Shown: positions 18,271 to 27,568 of the stretch, in pieces
How the letters are laid out: each line of letters starts with the position of its first letter
Position numbering within the stretch: the first letter of the stretch is position 1
From: an uncultured Clostridia bacterium
Lineage (GTDB): Bacteria > Bacillota > Clostridia > TANB77 > CAG-508
Assembly: GCA_934130285.1 (NCBI GenBank)
Contig: CAKOXT010000001.1
Location: 165,082-229,081 of the forward strand
Direction: 5' to 3'
Length of the DNA stretch: 64,000 nt
Translations under genes and position numbers: made by a program
The notes under the pieces: model-generated
The model's database searches: none
Told to the model about the DNA's origin: nothing
Seen by the model: the letters and a program-made list of their open reading frames with translations, nothing else

Positions 18271-19518
18271 ATGATACAAAAACCAAAAGGAACTAAAGAT
18301 ATATTGCCAGATGAAGTTTTTAAATGGCAATATATTGAAGAAAAAGTAAAGAAAATATTTGAAAATACTGGTATGAAAGAAATAAGAGTTCCTGTTTTTG
18401 AACATACAGAATTGTTTTCAAGAGGTGTTGGAGAAACTACTGATGTTGTTCAAAAGGAAATGTATACTTTTGAAGATAAGGGTGGTAGAAGTATTACTTT
18501 GAGACCAGAAGGAACTGCTGGTGTTGTAAGAAGTTATATAGAAAATGGTATGGCAAGTATGCCAACGCCTATTAAATTATGGTATGAGATGGCTATGTAC
18601 CGTTATGAGAATGTTCAAAAGGGACGTTTAAGAGAGTTTAGACAAATTGGTACAGAAATACTTGGAACGTCAAGTTATTTAGCTGATGTTGAAGCTATTA
18701 TGTTGGGTGTTAGAATATTCGAAGAATTAAATATTCCAAATGTTAAATTGAATTTGAATAGTATTGGTTGTCCTGAATGTAGAAAAAAATATCAGGATGC
18801 TTTGAGAGAATTTATAAGACCTAATTTAGATAAATATTGTGATACATGTAAAACAAGATATGAGAAAAATCCTATGAGAATCTTGGATTGTAAGGAAAAA
18901 AGATGTAAAGAAATGAATCAAGGTGCTCCTATAATATTAGATTATTTATGTGATGATTGCAGAGAACATTTTGAGAATGTAAAAACAATGCTTACAAAAC
19001 TAGGTGTTGATTATGAAATTGATGCTGGAATTGTAAGAGGATTAGATTATTATACTAGAACTGTTTTTGAATTTGTTTCAGAAGATGATGGTTTAACAGT
19101 TCTTGGCGGTGGAAGATATGATGGGCTAGTGAAAGAAGTAGGCGGACAAGATACTCCAGCTGTTGGGTTTGCAATGGGTGTAGAAAGATTACTTGAAGTT
19201 TTTGATAGATATAATAAAGATCTTGTTAAAGAGAAAAGTATGGATTTATATATTGCAAATATTGGTGAAAAAGCAAATGATTTTGCTACTAAACTTGTTT
19301 TAGAATTGAGAAATGCTGGAGTGTTTGTTGAGAAAGATATTTGTGAGAGAAGCTTAAAAGCTCAATTCAAATATGCAGATAAGAATAATGCTAAATTTGT
19401 CTTAACTTTAGGTGATGATGAGGTTGAAGCTAAAAAGGCTAGAATTAAAAACATGCAAAATGGTGAAGAAGTTGAAATCGAATTAGATGCAGAAAATATA
19501 ATTAAAGTTCTATTTTAA
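18271..19518 (+). CDS. hisS: histidine--tRNA ligase
   Basis: Class II aaRS motifs (RPEGTAGVVR, GGGRYDGL) and a C-terminal anticodon-binding domain. Contains a Cys-rich insertion. Confidence 0.9.
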   Translation: MIQKPKGTKDILPDEVFKWQYIEEKVKKIFENTGMKEIRVPVFEHTELFSRGVGETTDVVQKEMYTFEDKGGRSITLRPEGTAGVVRSYIENGMASMPTPIKLWYEMAMYRYENVQKGRLREFRQIGTEILGTSSYLADVEAIMLGVRIFEELNIPNVKLNLNSIGCPECRKKYQDALREFIRPNLDKYCDTCKTRYEKNPMRILDCKEKRCKEMNQGAPIILDYLCDDCREHFENVKTMLTKLGVDYEIDAGIVRGLDYYTRTVFEFVSEDDGLTVLGGGRYDGLVKEVGGQDTPAVGFAMGVERLLEVFDRYNKDLVKEKSMDLYIANIGEKANDFATKLVLELRNAGVFVEKDICERSLKAQFKYADKNNAKFVLTLGDDEVEAKKARIKNMQNGEEVEIELDAENIIKVLF

Positions 19519-19561
19519 AATTTTACTCATATATTATATAAAGTAGATATATGAGGTTAAA

Positions 19562-20668
19562 ATGGTTAATTTTAGAGTTATTAGAATAGGTGATATAGTA
19601 AAAAATCTAGTAAAAGTAGGAATACTAATTTTGTGTTTTATACTTTTTACTAGATTTTTTAGTGCTGTAAAACGAATCAATTTACAAGAATTTATTGAAA
19701 ACAGAAAAAAAGAGTTTGAGGGAAAAACTTTTATTGAGTGTTTAGATGAAAATTTAAATGATGGAGTAGTTAAAGAAACTGTTGATGAACAAAATTTGAT
19801 TTCTAAAGAATTAGATTTTATTCCTGATAGGTCTGTAAATGTTTTCAATGAAGATGAAATATTAGATACTCAAGGTGAAATTCAAACTGTTGGAAAGGTT
19901 GATAATGAAGTCCCCACTTCTGCTATAACACAAGTGGTTTCGGAACATAATAAAAAAGATATTTATAATGTTACATATTCTACAGTTCAAATTAGAAATC
20001 AGACTTCTTTTGAGTTAACACCAGAGATGCTAACACCAGATATTACCTTTGATAAGAGTAATATTGTTATTTTTCATACGCATACTAGTGAAAGTTATAC
20101 TTCGTCAGAGGCGTATCCATATGTTGCTAGTGGAAATTTTAGAACACTTGATACGAATGCTAATGTTGTTGGCGTTGGAAATGAACTTACAAGTAGACTT
20201 AACAAGAAGAATATAAATGTTGTGCATGATACAACGTTTCATGACTATCCTGAGTATAATGGTGCATATACAAGATCTTTGCAGACTGTTCAAAATATAT
20301 TAGCATCGACATCTGCGGATCTTGTTATTGATTTGCATAGAGACGCTATTGCTGATAGCAGTTATGGGCCAAGTGTTATGATTGGTGAAGAAAAAGCTGC
20401 ACAACTTATGTTTGTTATGGGAAGTAGTGAAGGTGGATTGAGTCATCCAAATTGGATTAATAATCTAAAAATTGCAGTGAAAATTCAAGAGAAGGCAAAT
20501 GAAATGTATCCTGGATTATTTAAGCCTATTTTGCTTAGTAAATACAGATATAACGAACATCTGGCGAAGGGATCTTGTATTATAGAAGTTGGTGCTACAG
20601 GGAATACTATGGAGGAATGTTTGACAAGTATGAAATATTTAGCTGAAGTAATTAATGCTATTGAATAA
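19562..20668 (+). CDS. spoIIP: stage II sporulation protein P (SpoIIP)
   Basis: N-terminal TM helix and the SpoIIP signature IVIFHTHTSESY. Confidence 0.75.
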   Translation: MVNFRVIRIGDIVKNLVKVGILILCFILFTRFFSAVKRINLQEFIENRKKEFEGKTFIECLDENLNDGVVKETVDEQNLISKELDFIPDRSVNVFNEDEILDTQGEIQTVGKVDNEVPTSAITQVVSEHNKKDIYNVTYSTVQIRNQTSFELTPEMLTPDITFDKSNIVIFHTHTSESYTSSEAYPYVASGNFRTLDTNANVVGVGNELTSRLNKKNINVVHDTTFHDYPEYNGAYTRSLQTVQNILASTSADLVIDLHRDAIADSSYGPSVMIGEEKAAQLMFVMGSSEGGLSHPNWINNLKIAVKIQEKANEMYPGLFKPILLSKYRYNEHLAKGSCIIEVGATGNTMEECLTSMKYLAEVINAIE

Positions 20669-20749
20669 ATAATTTATACTAAGTTGCAAAATGCCTTGAT
20701 TAATAATATTTTTATAATTATAATAAAAGCAGTTAAAGGAGGAGATACA

Positions 20750-22051
20750 ATGGTAAAATTTGATTTTAAAAATTCAAGTATTAATGAAAGAATGATATAT
20801 GAGATGGAAGAGACGGTTCTTAAAAATCATGAGATATTGCACGCAAATCCTGATGATGAGACACAATTTTTAGGATGGGTTAACTTGCCAGAAAATTATG
20901 ATAAAAAAGAATTTGAAAGAATAAAGAAAGCAGCAAATAAAATTCAATCTGATTCAGATGTATTAATAGTTATAGGAATTGGTGGTTCTTATCTTGGAGC
21001 TAGAGCTGTTATAGAAGCTATTACAAATTGTTTTTACAATATGCTTCCTGCTAAAAAGAGAAAAACACCAATGATAGTATATGCAGGAAATAATTTAAGT
21101 CCAAATTATTTAAATGATTTATTAAATTTAATTGGTGAAAGAGATATTTCAATTAATGTTATTTCAAAATCTGGAACAACAACTGAACCTGCTATTGCTT
21201 TTAGAGTTTTAAGAGAGGCAATAGAAACTAAGTATGGAGTTGAAGAGGCTAAAAAGAGAATTTATGTAACAACAGATAAGAAAAAAGGTGCTCTTAAAGG
21301 ATTAGCTGATGAAGAAAATTATGAAACATTTGTAATTCCTGATAATGTTGGTGGAAGATTTTCTGTTTTAACAGCTGTTGGATTATTACCTATTGCAACT
21401 GCTGGTGTTGACATTGATAAATTGATGCAAGGTGCTAAAGATGCAAGAGAAAAATATATGGATCCAAGTATTAAGTTTAATGATTGTTACAAATATGCGG
21501 TTGTTAGAAATCTTCTTTATAATTCTGGAAAGAAGATTGAAGTTCTTGCAAATTATGAACCACAATTACATTACTTCACTGAATGGTGGAAACAATTATA
21601 TGGTGAAAGTGAAGGTAAAGATGGTAAAGGAATTTTCCCAGCTGGTGTTGATTTAACAACTGATTTACATTCAATGGGCCAATACATTCAAGATGGCGAA
21701 AGACATTTATTTGAAACTGTTCTTGCTGTTGAAGAGTCAAAATCTGATATTGTTGTAAAAGAGGATTCAGAAAATGTTGATGGTTTAAATTATTTAGCTG
21801 GTAAAGGATTAGATTATATAAATAAAAAAGCTATGGAAGGTACTATTGAAGCTCATGTTAGTGGAAATGTTCCTAATTTAAAAGTTACTATTGATAAGCT
21901 AGATGAGGAGAACTTAGGTCATTTAATTTATTTCTATGAAAAAGCATGTGCTATGTCTGGATTGATTTTAGGAGTTAATCCATTTAATCAACCTGGTGTT
22001 GAAGAATATAAAAGAAATATGTTTAGATTACTTGAAAAACCTGGATATTAA
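20750..22051 (+). CDS. pgi: glucose-6-phosphate isomerase
   Basis: Firmicutes-type PGI (about 430 aa) with SIS motifs ([15 protein letters not shown]). Start chosen at the ATG behind AAGGAGGAG rather than the track's upstream Met. Confidence 0.9.
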   Translation: MVKFDFKNSSINERMIYEMEETVLKNHEILHANPDDETQFLGWVNLPENYDKKEFERIKKAANKIQSDSDVLIVIGIGGSYLGARAVIEAITNCFYNMLPAKKRKTPMIVYAGNNLSPNYLNDLLNLIGERDISINVISKSGTTTEPAIAFRVLREAIETKYGVEEAKKRIYVTTDKKKGALKGLADEENYETFVIPDNVGGRFSVLTAVGLLPIATAGVDIDKLMQGAKDAREKYMDPSIKFNDCYKYAVVRNLLYNSGKKIEVLANYEPQLHYFTEWWKQLYGESEGKDGKGIFPAGVDLTTDLHSMGQYIQDGERHLFETVLAVEESKSDIVVKEDSENVDGLNYLAGKGLDYINKKAMEGTIEAHVSGNVPNLKVTIDKLDEENLGHLIYFYEKACAMSGLILGVNPFNQPGVEEYKRNMFRLLEKPGY

Positions 22052-22075
22052 TAGTTATGTGAGATAGTATATAAG

Positions 22076-22107
22076 ACGGTTACAAATGTTTTTGTAACCG
22101 TTTTTTA
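22076..22107 (+). terminator. rho-independent terminator (acggttacaaa / tttgtaaccgt + T6)
   Basis: Perfect stem and U-run after pgi. Confidence 0.75.
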
Positions 22108-22315
22108 CTTTAATGATAAACCCTCAGTTATACTGGGGATAGTTATATGTGGTAAGAAAATTTTCTGCATGAACAAAGATGTTACAATAAGTGCAAATGT
22201 TATTAATGTTTACTTTTGTTTTGTATTTTACTATGAATGCTTTGAAATGTGTGTTAAAGAGAAAGTGCTCATGCAGATTTGACGTGTATGTTATAATAAA
22301 AATATATCACATAGA

Positions 22316-23261
22316 TTGGAGGTTTCTATTATGCGGAAATCTAAAAGGAAAATTAGAATTCTCATTATAATATTTTGTCTCATTTTTCTTTTTATCTTTA
22401 GGTATGTTTCATTCTTTAACGGAGCTACAGTCAAAGCATATGAACATTTAGATTCAAATCTTGAAATTCATGTAATTGATGTTGGACAAGCGGAGTCTAT
22501 TTTGCTTGTTCAAGGCGAACATGCAATGTTGATTGATACTGGAAATATGTTTGATGGAAAAACAGTTACTAAGTATCTTAAAAGTAATGGCATCAATCGG
22601 TTAGATATGTTGGTTTTTACGCATTATCATGTTGACCATATGGGAGGAGCACATAAAGTTATTAGTTCTATAGATGTAAAAAAAATAATGTGCATGAATT
22701 GGAAGTATATTTCTACCTTTCAGGAAGCTTTTTGGTATACTGATATGCAAATTTCTAGGGTTACTAATAGCGTACTTCATGCAAAAAAAAATTTCTATAG
22801 AATCTCCATATGAAAAAAATGGTGTTCTTAAATCTTTTAAATTTGGAGATGCAAATGTTGAAATTTTGTCTCAAGAAACTCATGCAAATATTGTTAATGA
22901 CAAATCTTTGGTTATGAAAGTAACTTATGGTGATGTTTCTGCATTATTTACTGGTGATAGCCAGAATGAAGTGGAAAATTATTTGCTTGAAGCAGAGATG
23001 GATATTTCGGCTGATATTTTAAATGTTGGCCATCATGGAAGTAAAACATCTACAAGTATGGATTTTTTAGAGGCTGTTAATCCAATGTATGCATTAATTA
23101 GTTGTGGCGAAGATAATGCTTATGCTCATCCTAATTCTTTTGTAATTAAGAAATTAGAGAAGAAAAATGTTTCTATTTACAGAACGGATACGGATGGTTC
23201 GATTGTTGTGGTTACTGATGGAACAAAAGAGGGAATCAAAGTCAAGAAAATGGGAAAATAA
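22316..23261 (+). CDS. ComEC-C-terminal-like MBL-fold hydrolase, split into two ORFs by a frameshift in an A9 homopolymer (22783-22791)
   Basis: ORF 22316-22813 carries the TM segment and HYHVDHMGG. ORF 22779-23261 continues the same domain (GDS..., VGHHGSKTS). The frames meet in the A-run. Confidence 0.75.
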
Positions 23262-23277
23262 TGAGAATTCGAGCTTA

Positions 23278-23312
23278 AGGCTGTGTGTGAAATGTTGCAC
23301 ACAGCTTTTTTC
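23278..23312 (+). terminator. rho-independent terminator (gctgtgtg...cacacagc + T6)
   Basis: Stem-loop with a U-run. Confidence 0.7.
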
Positions 23313-23357
23313 TATGTTAGTATTATATGAGTAAATTAAAATTAGATAGAGGAAAAA

Positions 23358-25238
23358 ATGAATTATACAATTATAAATGGCGCTGTTGAATTCGGTGCTG
23401 AAACAATTTTAGAAGAAGTGAATTTTGAAATAAAAGGTAAAGACAAGATTGCAATTGTTGGTAGAAATGGTGCAGGTAAGTCTACTCTTTTAAAAGCTAT
23501 TATTAATAATGATATGTTTTCTGAAGGAATTGGTGATGAGAAGTTTAGTATTTATAAGGAAGGTACACCTGTAATTGGCTATTTAAAGCAGATTGAGTTT
23601 GAAGACGATTCTATTACAATGCTTGATGAGATTTTGAAGGTGTATAAGCCAATAATTGATTTGGAAAATAAGATTCAGAAATTAGTGGAGAAAATGCAAA
23701 TAGATAAGTCTGAGGAGATTGCGGTTGAGTATTCTAAAGCTATGGATAGGTATGAATTTTTAGATGGTTATACATACAAAAAAGAGTATGAGACAGTTAT
23801 TAATAAATTTGGATTTTCTGCTGATGATAAACTAAAAAAGATTTCTGAGTTTTCTGGTGGTCAGAGAACCAAGATTGCGTTTATGAAGTTGCTTTTAAGT
23901 AAGCCGGATATTTTACTTTTGGATGAGCCTACAAATCATTTAGATGTTTCTACAATTGAGTGGTTAGAAGGGTATTTGAGAAATTATCCGAGAGCTGTTG
24001 TGATAGTTTCACATGATAGAATGTTTTTAGATAAGATTGTTAATAAGGTTTATGAGATTGAATATGGAGCAATTACGAAGTATACTGGAAATTATGCTGA
24101 TTTTGAAAGACAGAAAAAAGTCAATTATGAGAAACAATTGAAGGATTATGAGTATCAACAAGCTGAGATAAAGAGGTTGATGAGAGTTGTTGAGAGATTT
24201 AGATATAAAGCTTCTAAGGCTAAAATGGCTCAGGCTAAGTTGAAACAGATTGAGCATATGGTTAAAGTAAAAGAGCCTAGTAAGTATGATTTGACTACGT
24301 TTAAAACAAATTTTGCGTTAGAAAAAGAAAGTGGAAGAGATGTTTTACATGTCAAAGATTTAGAGATTGGATATGATAGCCCGATTCAGAAGATTTCATT
24401 TGATTTATATAGAGGTCAAAAACTTGGCGTGATTGGTGAGAACGGAATTGGTAAGTCAACATTACTTAAAACTATTGTTGGAACGATTGAAAAGCTTGGT
24501 GGTGAGTTTGAATTTGGACATAATGTTCAAGTTGGTTATTTTGATCAGCAGATGGCTTTGCTTGATTCTGAGAAGACGGTTTTTGATGATTTTGCTACTG
24601 AGTTCCCAAGTTTGACTACAACAGAGATTAGAAATTCTTTGGCAGCATTTATGTTTTATGGTGAAGATGTTTTTAAGAAGATTAGTATGCTTTCTGGTGG
24701 CGAAAAGGTTCGACTAGAACTTGCGAAGATTTTGAAGAAGGGACCTAATTTACTTATATTGGATGAACCTACAAACCATATGGATATTGTTGGTAAAGAG
24801 AGTTTGGAGAGGTTACTTGAGGAATATAAGGGAACAATTTTGGTTGTTTCACATGATAGATTTTTTATAAATAAAGTTACTGATTCTTTGCTTGTGTTTT
24901 CTAAGCAGGGTGTTAAGTTTTTTGATGGTTCTTATGAGAAATACGAAGAGGAAAGAATTGAGGAACAGACGGAGAAGGTTCAGGCTGTTAAGAAGGAGAA
25001 GAGTTCTAATAATTTGTATTTGCAGCAGAAGGAACAGGCTAGAAAGGACGCTAGGATTAAGAAGATTGAGAAAGAGATTGATGCGAATGATAAGCAGATT
25101 ACAGATTTGAAGTTGGAGCTTCAGAAGGAAGAGGTTTATACAAATTACGAGAAATTGACTGAGGTTCAGGGACAGATTGAGGCACTTGAGGAGAAGAATA
25201 ATGGTTTGATGGAAGAGTGGGAGTCACTAGAGGGGTGA
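23358..25238 (+). CDS. ABC-F family ATPase (two ABC domains, no TM domain, C-terminal coiled coil; Uup/EttA-like)
   Basis: Two Walker A motifs (GRNGAGKST, GENGIGKST), two LSGG signatures, and a Lys/Glu-rich C-terminal tail. Confidence 0.85.
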   Translation: MNYTIINGAVEFGAETILEEVNFEIKGKDKIAIVGRNGAGKSTLLKAIINNDMFSEGIGDEKFSIYKEGTPVIGYLKQIEFEDDSITMLDEILKVYKPIIDLENKIQKLVEKMQIDKSEEIAVEYSKAMDRYEFLDGYTYKKEYETVINKFGFSADDKLKKISEFSGGQRTKIAFMKLLLSKPDILLLDEPTNHLDVSTIEWLEGYLRNYPRAVVIVSHDRMFLDKIVNKVYEIEYGAITKYTGNYADFERQKKVNYEKQLKDYEYQQAEIKRLMRVVERFRYKASKAKMAQAKLKQIEHMVKVKEPSKYDLTTFKTNFALEKESGRDVLHVKDLEIGYDSPIQKISFDLYRGQKLGVIGENGIGKSTLLKTIVGTIEKLGGEFEFGHNVQVGYFDQQMALLDSEKTVFDDFATEFPSLTTTEIRNSLAAFMFYGEDVFKKISMLSGGEKVRLELAKILKKGPNLLILDEPTNHMDIVGKESLERLLEEYKGTILVVSHDRFFINKVTDSLLVFSKQGVKFFDGSYEKYEEERIEEQTEKVQAVKKEKSSNNLYLQQKEQARKDARIKKIEKEIDANDKQITDLKLELQKEEVYTNYEKLTEVQGQIEALEEKNNGLMEEWESLEG

Positions 25239-25243
25239 TTGTG

Positions 25244-25276
25244 AAAAAAAGGTCTTTTTAATGAGACCTTTTTTGA
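25244..25276 (+). terminator. rho-independent terminator (aaggtctc...gagacctt + T6)
   Basis: Stem-loop with a U-run after the ABC-F gene. Confidence 0.7.
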
Positions 25277-25451
25277 TGTGTGGTATCTAATTAATGCAGG
25301 TAAATTTTAGAAAAACATTGTATTCTGATTTTGATGTGGTATTATATTAATGGGCTATGTATTTTTTGAAAGGAGGAGAGCGTTCTCAATATAGATAAAA
25401 TATTTCTTTTAAAATAGTAAGAAATAATAAATATAAAGGGGGAATTTTCTG

Positions 25452-25688
25452 ATGAAAGAAGTAAAAAAATATTTAGATTTGCCATATAATTATATTATTC
25501 AGCCGATTAATGATGAGAGTGGTTTTTATTATTATGCAAGGGTTTTGGAATTTGATGGGTGCCAGAGTACAGGTAATACTGAGAAAGAGGCTTATGAAAA
25601 CCTTAAAGATGCAATGAAAGGTTGGATTGAGGCAAAACTTGAGGGAGGCTTTGAGGTTCCGTTACCAATTAATAAAAATGAAATATAA
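25452..25688 (+). CDS. hicB: HicB-family antitoxin-like protein (UPF0150), with no adjacent HicA
   Basis: 78 aa with the HicB-like pattern (YYYARVLEFDGCQSTGNTEKEAYENLKDAM). Confidence 0.6.
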   Translation: MKEVKKYLDLPYNYIIQPINDESGFYYYARVLEFDGCQSTGNTEKEAYENLKDAMKGWIEAKLEGGFEVPLPINKNEI

Positions 25689-25775
25689 AAAAGGATTAGT
25701 AGTAGAGAAAATTTGTTATTTTTTCTTGATAATATTTGATATAATAAATATGTGATTGGAAAGGTGGGATTTATT

Positions 25776-25919
25776 ATGCAAAGAGAAATAATGGTTAAAG
25801 AACTTGAAATTAATGAAGTTTCTGAAATGTTAGAAAAAAGCGAAGAACAATATAAAAATGGAAAGACATATAAAGCAAGAACTGTATTTGAAGAACTAAG
25901 AAAAAAATATGGATATTAA
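25776..25919 (+). CDS. putative small antitoxin (47 aa) of the RelE/ParE toxin downstream, not in the ORF track
   Basis: GGTGGGA RBS and ATG at 25776. Overlaps the toxin start by 11 nt. Confidence 0.5.
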   Translation: MQREIMVKELEINEVSEMLEKSEEQYKNGKTYKARTVFEELRKKYGY

Positions 25920-26220
25920 AAAATTTGACATTATCTTAACAGAAATGGCCAAAAAAGATTTAGAGAATATATATGAATATATATATGGAAGTTTGAAAGA
26001 AATTAAAGTAGCAGATAGATTAATGAGAAAAATAGAAGCAGAGATATTTAGCTTAGAAATATCTCCAAGTAGATATATGAAAGTACATATAAAACCTAAA
26101 GATGATGTATATAGGAGATTGATTATAGATAATTATATTGTGTTATATAAGGTAAATATAAAATGTGAAGAAGTAATAATTTATAAGGTTTTATATGGGG
26201 GAATGGATTATTTAAAATAG
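25909..26220 (+). CDS. type II toxin-antitoxin system RelE/ParE-family toxin
   Basis: C-terminal motif YRRLIIDNYIVLYKV...EVIIYKVLYGGMDY. Confidence 0.7.
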   Translation: MDIKKFDIILTEMAKKDLENIYEYIYGSLKEIKVADRLMRKIEAEIFSLEISPSRYMKVHIKPKDDVYRRLIIDNYIVLYKVNIKCEEVIIYKVLYGGMDYLK

Positions 26221-26266
26221 GCATATCGAAAGATATGTCTATTTTTGCTTATTTTTCAACTTTTTC

Positions 26267-26296
26267 TTGCAATTCCTACTAAAATGGTAGTATAAT
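26267..26296 (+). promoter_or_regulatory. promoter TTGCAA-18-TATAAT of the rrf2 gene, with an ATTCCTACT...GTAGTA element in the spacer
   Basis: Near-consensus -35 and -10 boxes. The spacer motif recurs in the suf promoter. Confidence 0.5.
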
Positions 26297-26318
26297 AGAT
26301 AATGTTGGAGGAAATAAT

Positions 26319-26720
26319 ATGAAAGTATCAAGTAAAGGAAGATATGCTCTTCGTATAATGATAGATTTAGCGATGAATGATAATGGAAATTTTATTTCTC
26401 TTAAAGAAATTGCTGAGAGAAATGGAATGTCTATGAAGTATTCTGAACAAATTGTGTCTATGCTTAATAAGGCAGGTTATTTGCAGACTGCTAGGGGAAA
26501 TAATGGCGGTTATAAATTGAATAGGAAACCTGAAGAGTATAAGGTCGGTGATATTCTTAGAGCGTCAGAGGGAGATTTAGCACCTATTGTTTGTTTAGAA
26601 GAAGATGGTGCTTGTGATAGAAAGGATAAGTGTATTACTTTTTCTTTTTGGGAAGGTCTTGATAAGGCTATTAATGATTATGTTGATAGTAAGACTTTGG
26701 CGGATTTGATAAGAAAATAG
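26319..26720 (+). CDS. Rrf2-family transcriptional regulator (IscR-like)
   Basis: N-terminus SSKGRYALRIMIDLA with wHTH and a Cys-containing C-terminal half. Directly upstream of the suf operon. Confidence 0.85.
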   Translation: MKVSSKGRYALRIMIDLAMNDNGNFISLKEIAERNGMSMKYSEQIVSMLNKAGYLQTARGNNGGYKLNRKPEEYKVGDILRASEGDLAPIVCLEEDGACDRKDKCITFSFWEGLDKAINDYVDSKTLADLIRK

Positions 26721-26772
26721 TATTCCTATTGACTTGGTAGGAAATAGATGATATAATTCCTACTGCGTTAGT
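26721..26772 (+). promoter_or_regulatory. suf operon promoter TTGACT-17-TATAAT (26729-26757) overlapped by ATTCCTA / TAGGAAAT / ATTCCTACT repeats
   Basis: Consensus promoter. An inverted and direct repeat of the same 8-mer is also seen in the rrf2 promoter. Confidence 0.55.
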
Positions 26773-26816
26773 ATGAAAATGAGAAAATTTATAGATTAAT
26801 TAAAGGAGTTATTTTA

Positions 26817-27563
26817 ATGAAGACATTATTAGACATTAAAGATTTGTATGTAAATGCAGGAGAAAAACAAATTTTAAAGGGACTTGATTTACAGGTTAAT
26901 AAGGGTGAAATTCATGTTATTATGGGACCTAATGGCGCTGGAAAATCTACTCTTGCTAATGTTATTTTAAATAATCCAGAGTATACAAAAATATCAGGTG
27001 TGGTTGAATTTGAAGGTGAAAATATTAATGATTTGACTACTGATAAGATTGCTAAAAAGGGTGTGTTTATGTCTTTCCAATCTCCTGAGGAGATTCCAGG
27101 GATTTCTAATATGAACTTTTTAAAATATGCTAAGGGAAAAATTACAGAGAAACCTGTTAGAATTTTTGAATTTAAGAAACAGGTTATGCAATATGCTGAA
27201 GAATTGAATATGAACCCTAAATTGGTTGAAAGAAATTTGAATCTTGGTTTTTCTGGTGGAGAAAAAAAGAAAAATGAAATTCTTCAAATGCTTGTATTAG
27301 AGCCAAAACTTGCTATTCTTGATGAAACTGATTCTGGTCTTGATGTTGATGCGATTAGAACTGTTTCAAAGGGAATTGAAATGTATAAATCTGATGAGAA
27401 TGCGGTTGTTATAATCACTCATAATACTCGTATTTTACAATACTTAGACGTTGATTTTGTTCATGTTTTAGTTGATGGTAAGATTGTTAAGACTGGAAAT
27501 GCAGATTTGGCTAAGACTATTGAAGAGAATGGATATGAAGAATATAAGAGAAAAGAGGACTAA
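26817..27563 (+). CDS. sufC: Fe-S cluster assembly ATPase SufC
   Basis: Walker A GPNGAGKST, LSGGE signature, about 250 aa. Confidence 0.9.
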   Translation: MKTLLDIKDLYVNAGEKQILKGLDLQVNKGEIHVIMGPNGAGKSTLANVILNNPEYTKISGVVEFEGENINDLTTDKIAKKGVFMSFQSPEEIPGISNMNFLKYAKGKITEKPVRIFEFKKQVMQYAEELNMNPKLVERNLNLGFSGGEKKKNEILQMLVLEPKLAILDETDSGLDVDAIRTVSKGIEMYKSDENAVVIITHNTRILQYLDVDFVHVLVDGKIVKTGNADLAKTIEENGYEEYKRKED

Positions 27564-27568
27564 TTTTT

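Noticed and set aside
20684-20749. N-terminal extensions in the ORF track (pgi from 20684; membrane protein from 32814; response regulator from 43577; 42551; 50074; 50898; 49596 on the minus strand)
   Set aside because: The upstream Met codons lack RBSs and/or overlap the preceding gene. Internal Met codons behind strong GGAGG-type RBSs give products with canonical N-termini.
25239-25451. HicA toxin partner for the HicB-like gene
   Set aside because: No ORF of suitable size or composition lies on either side; only 11- and 14-codon fragments.
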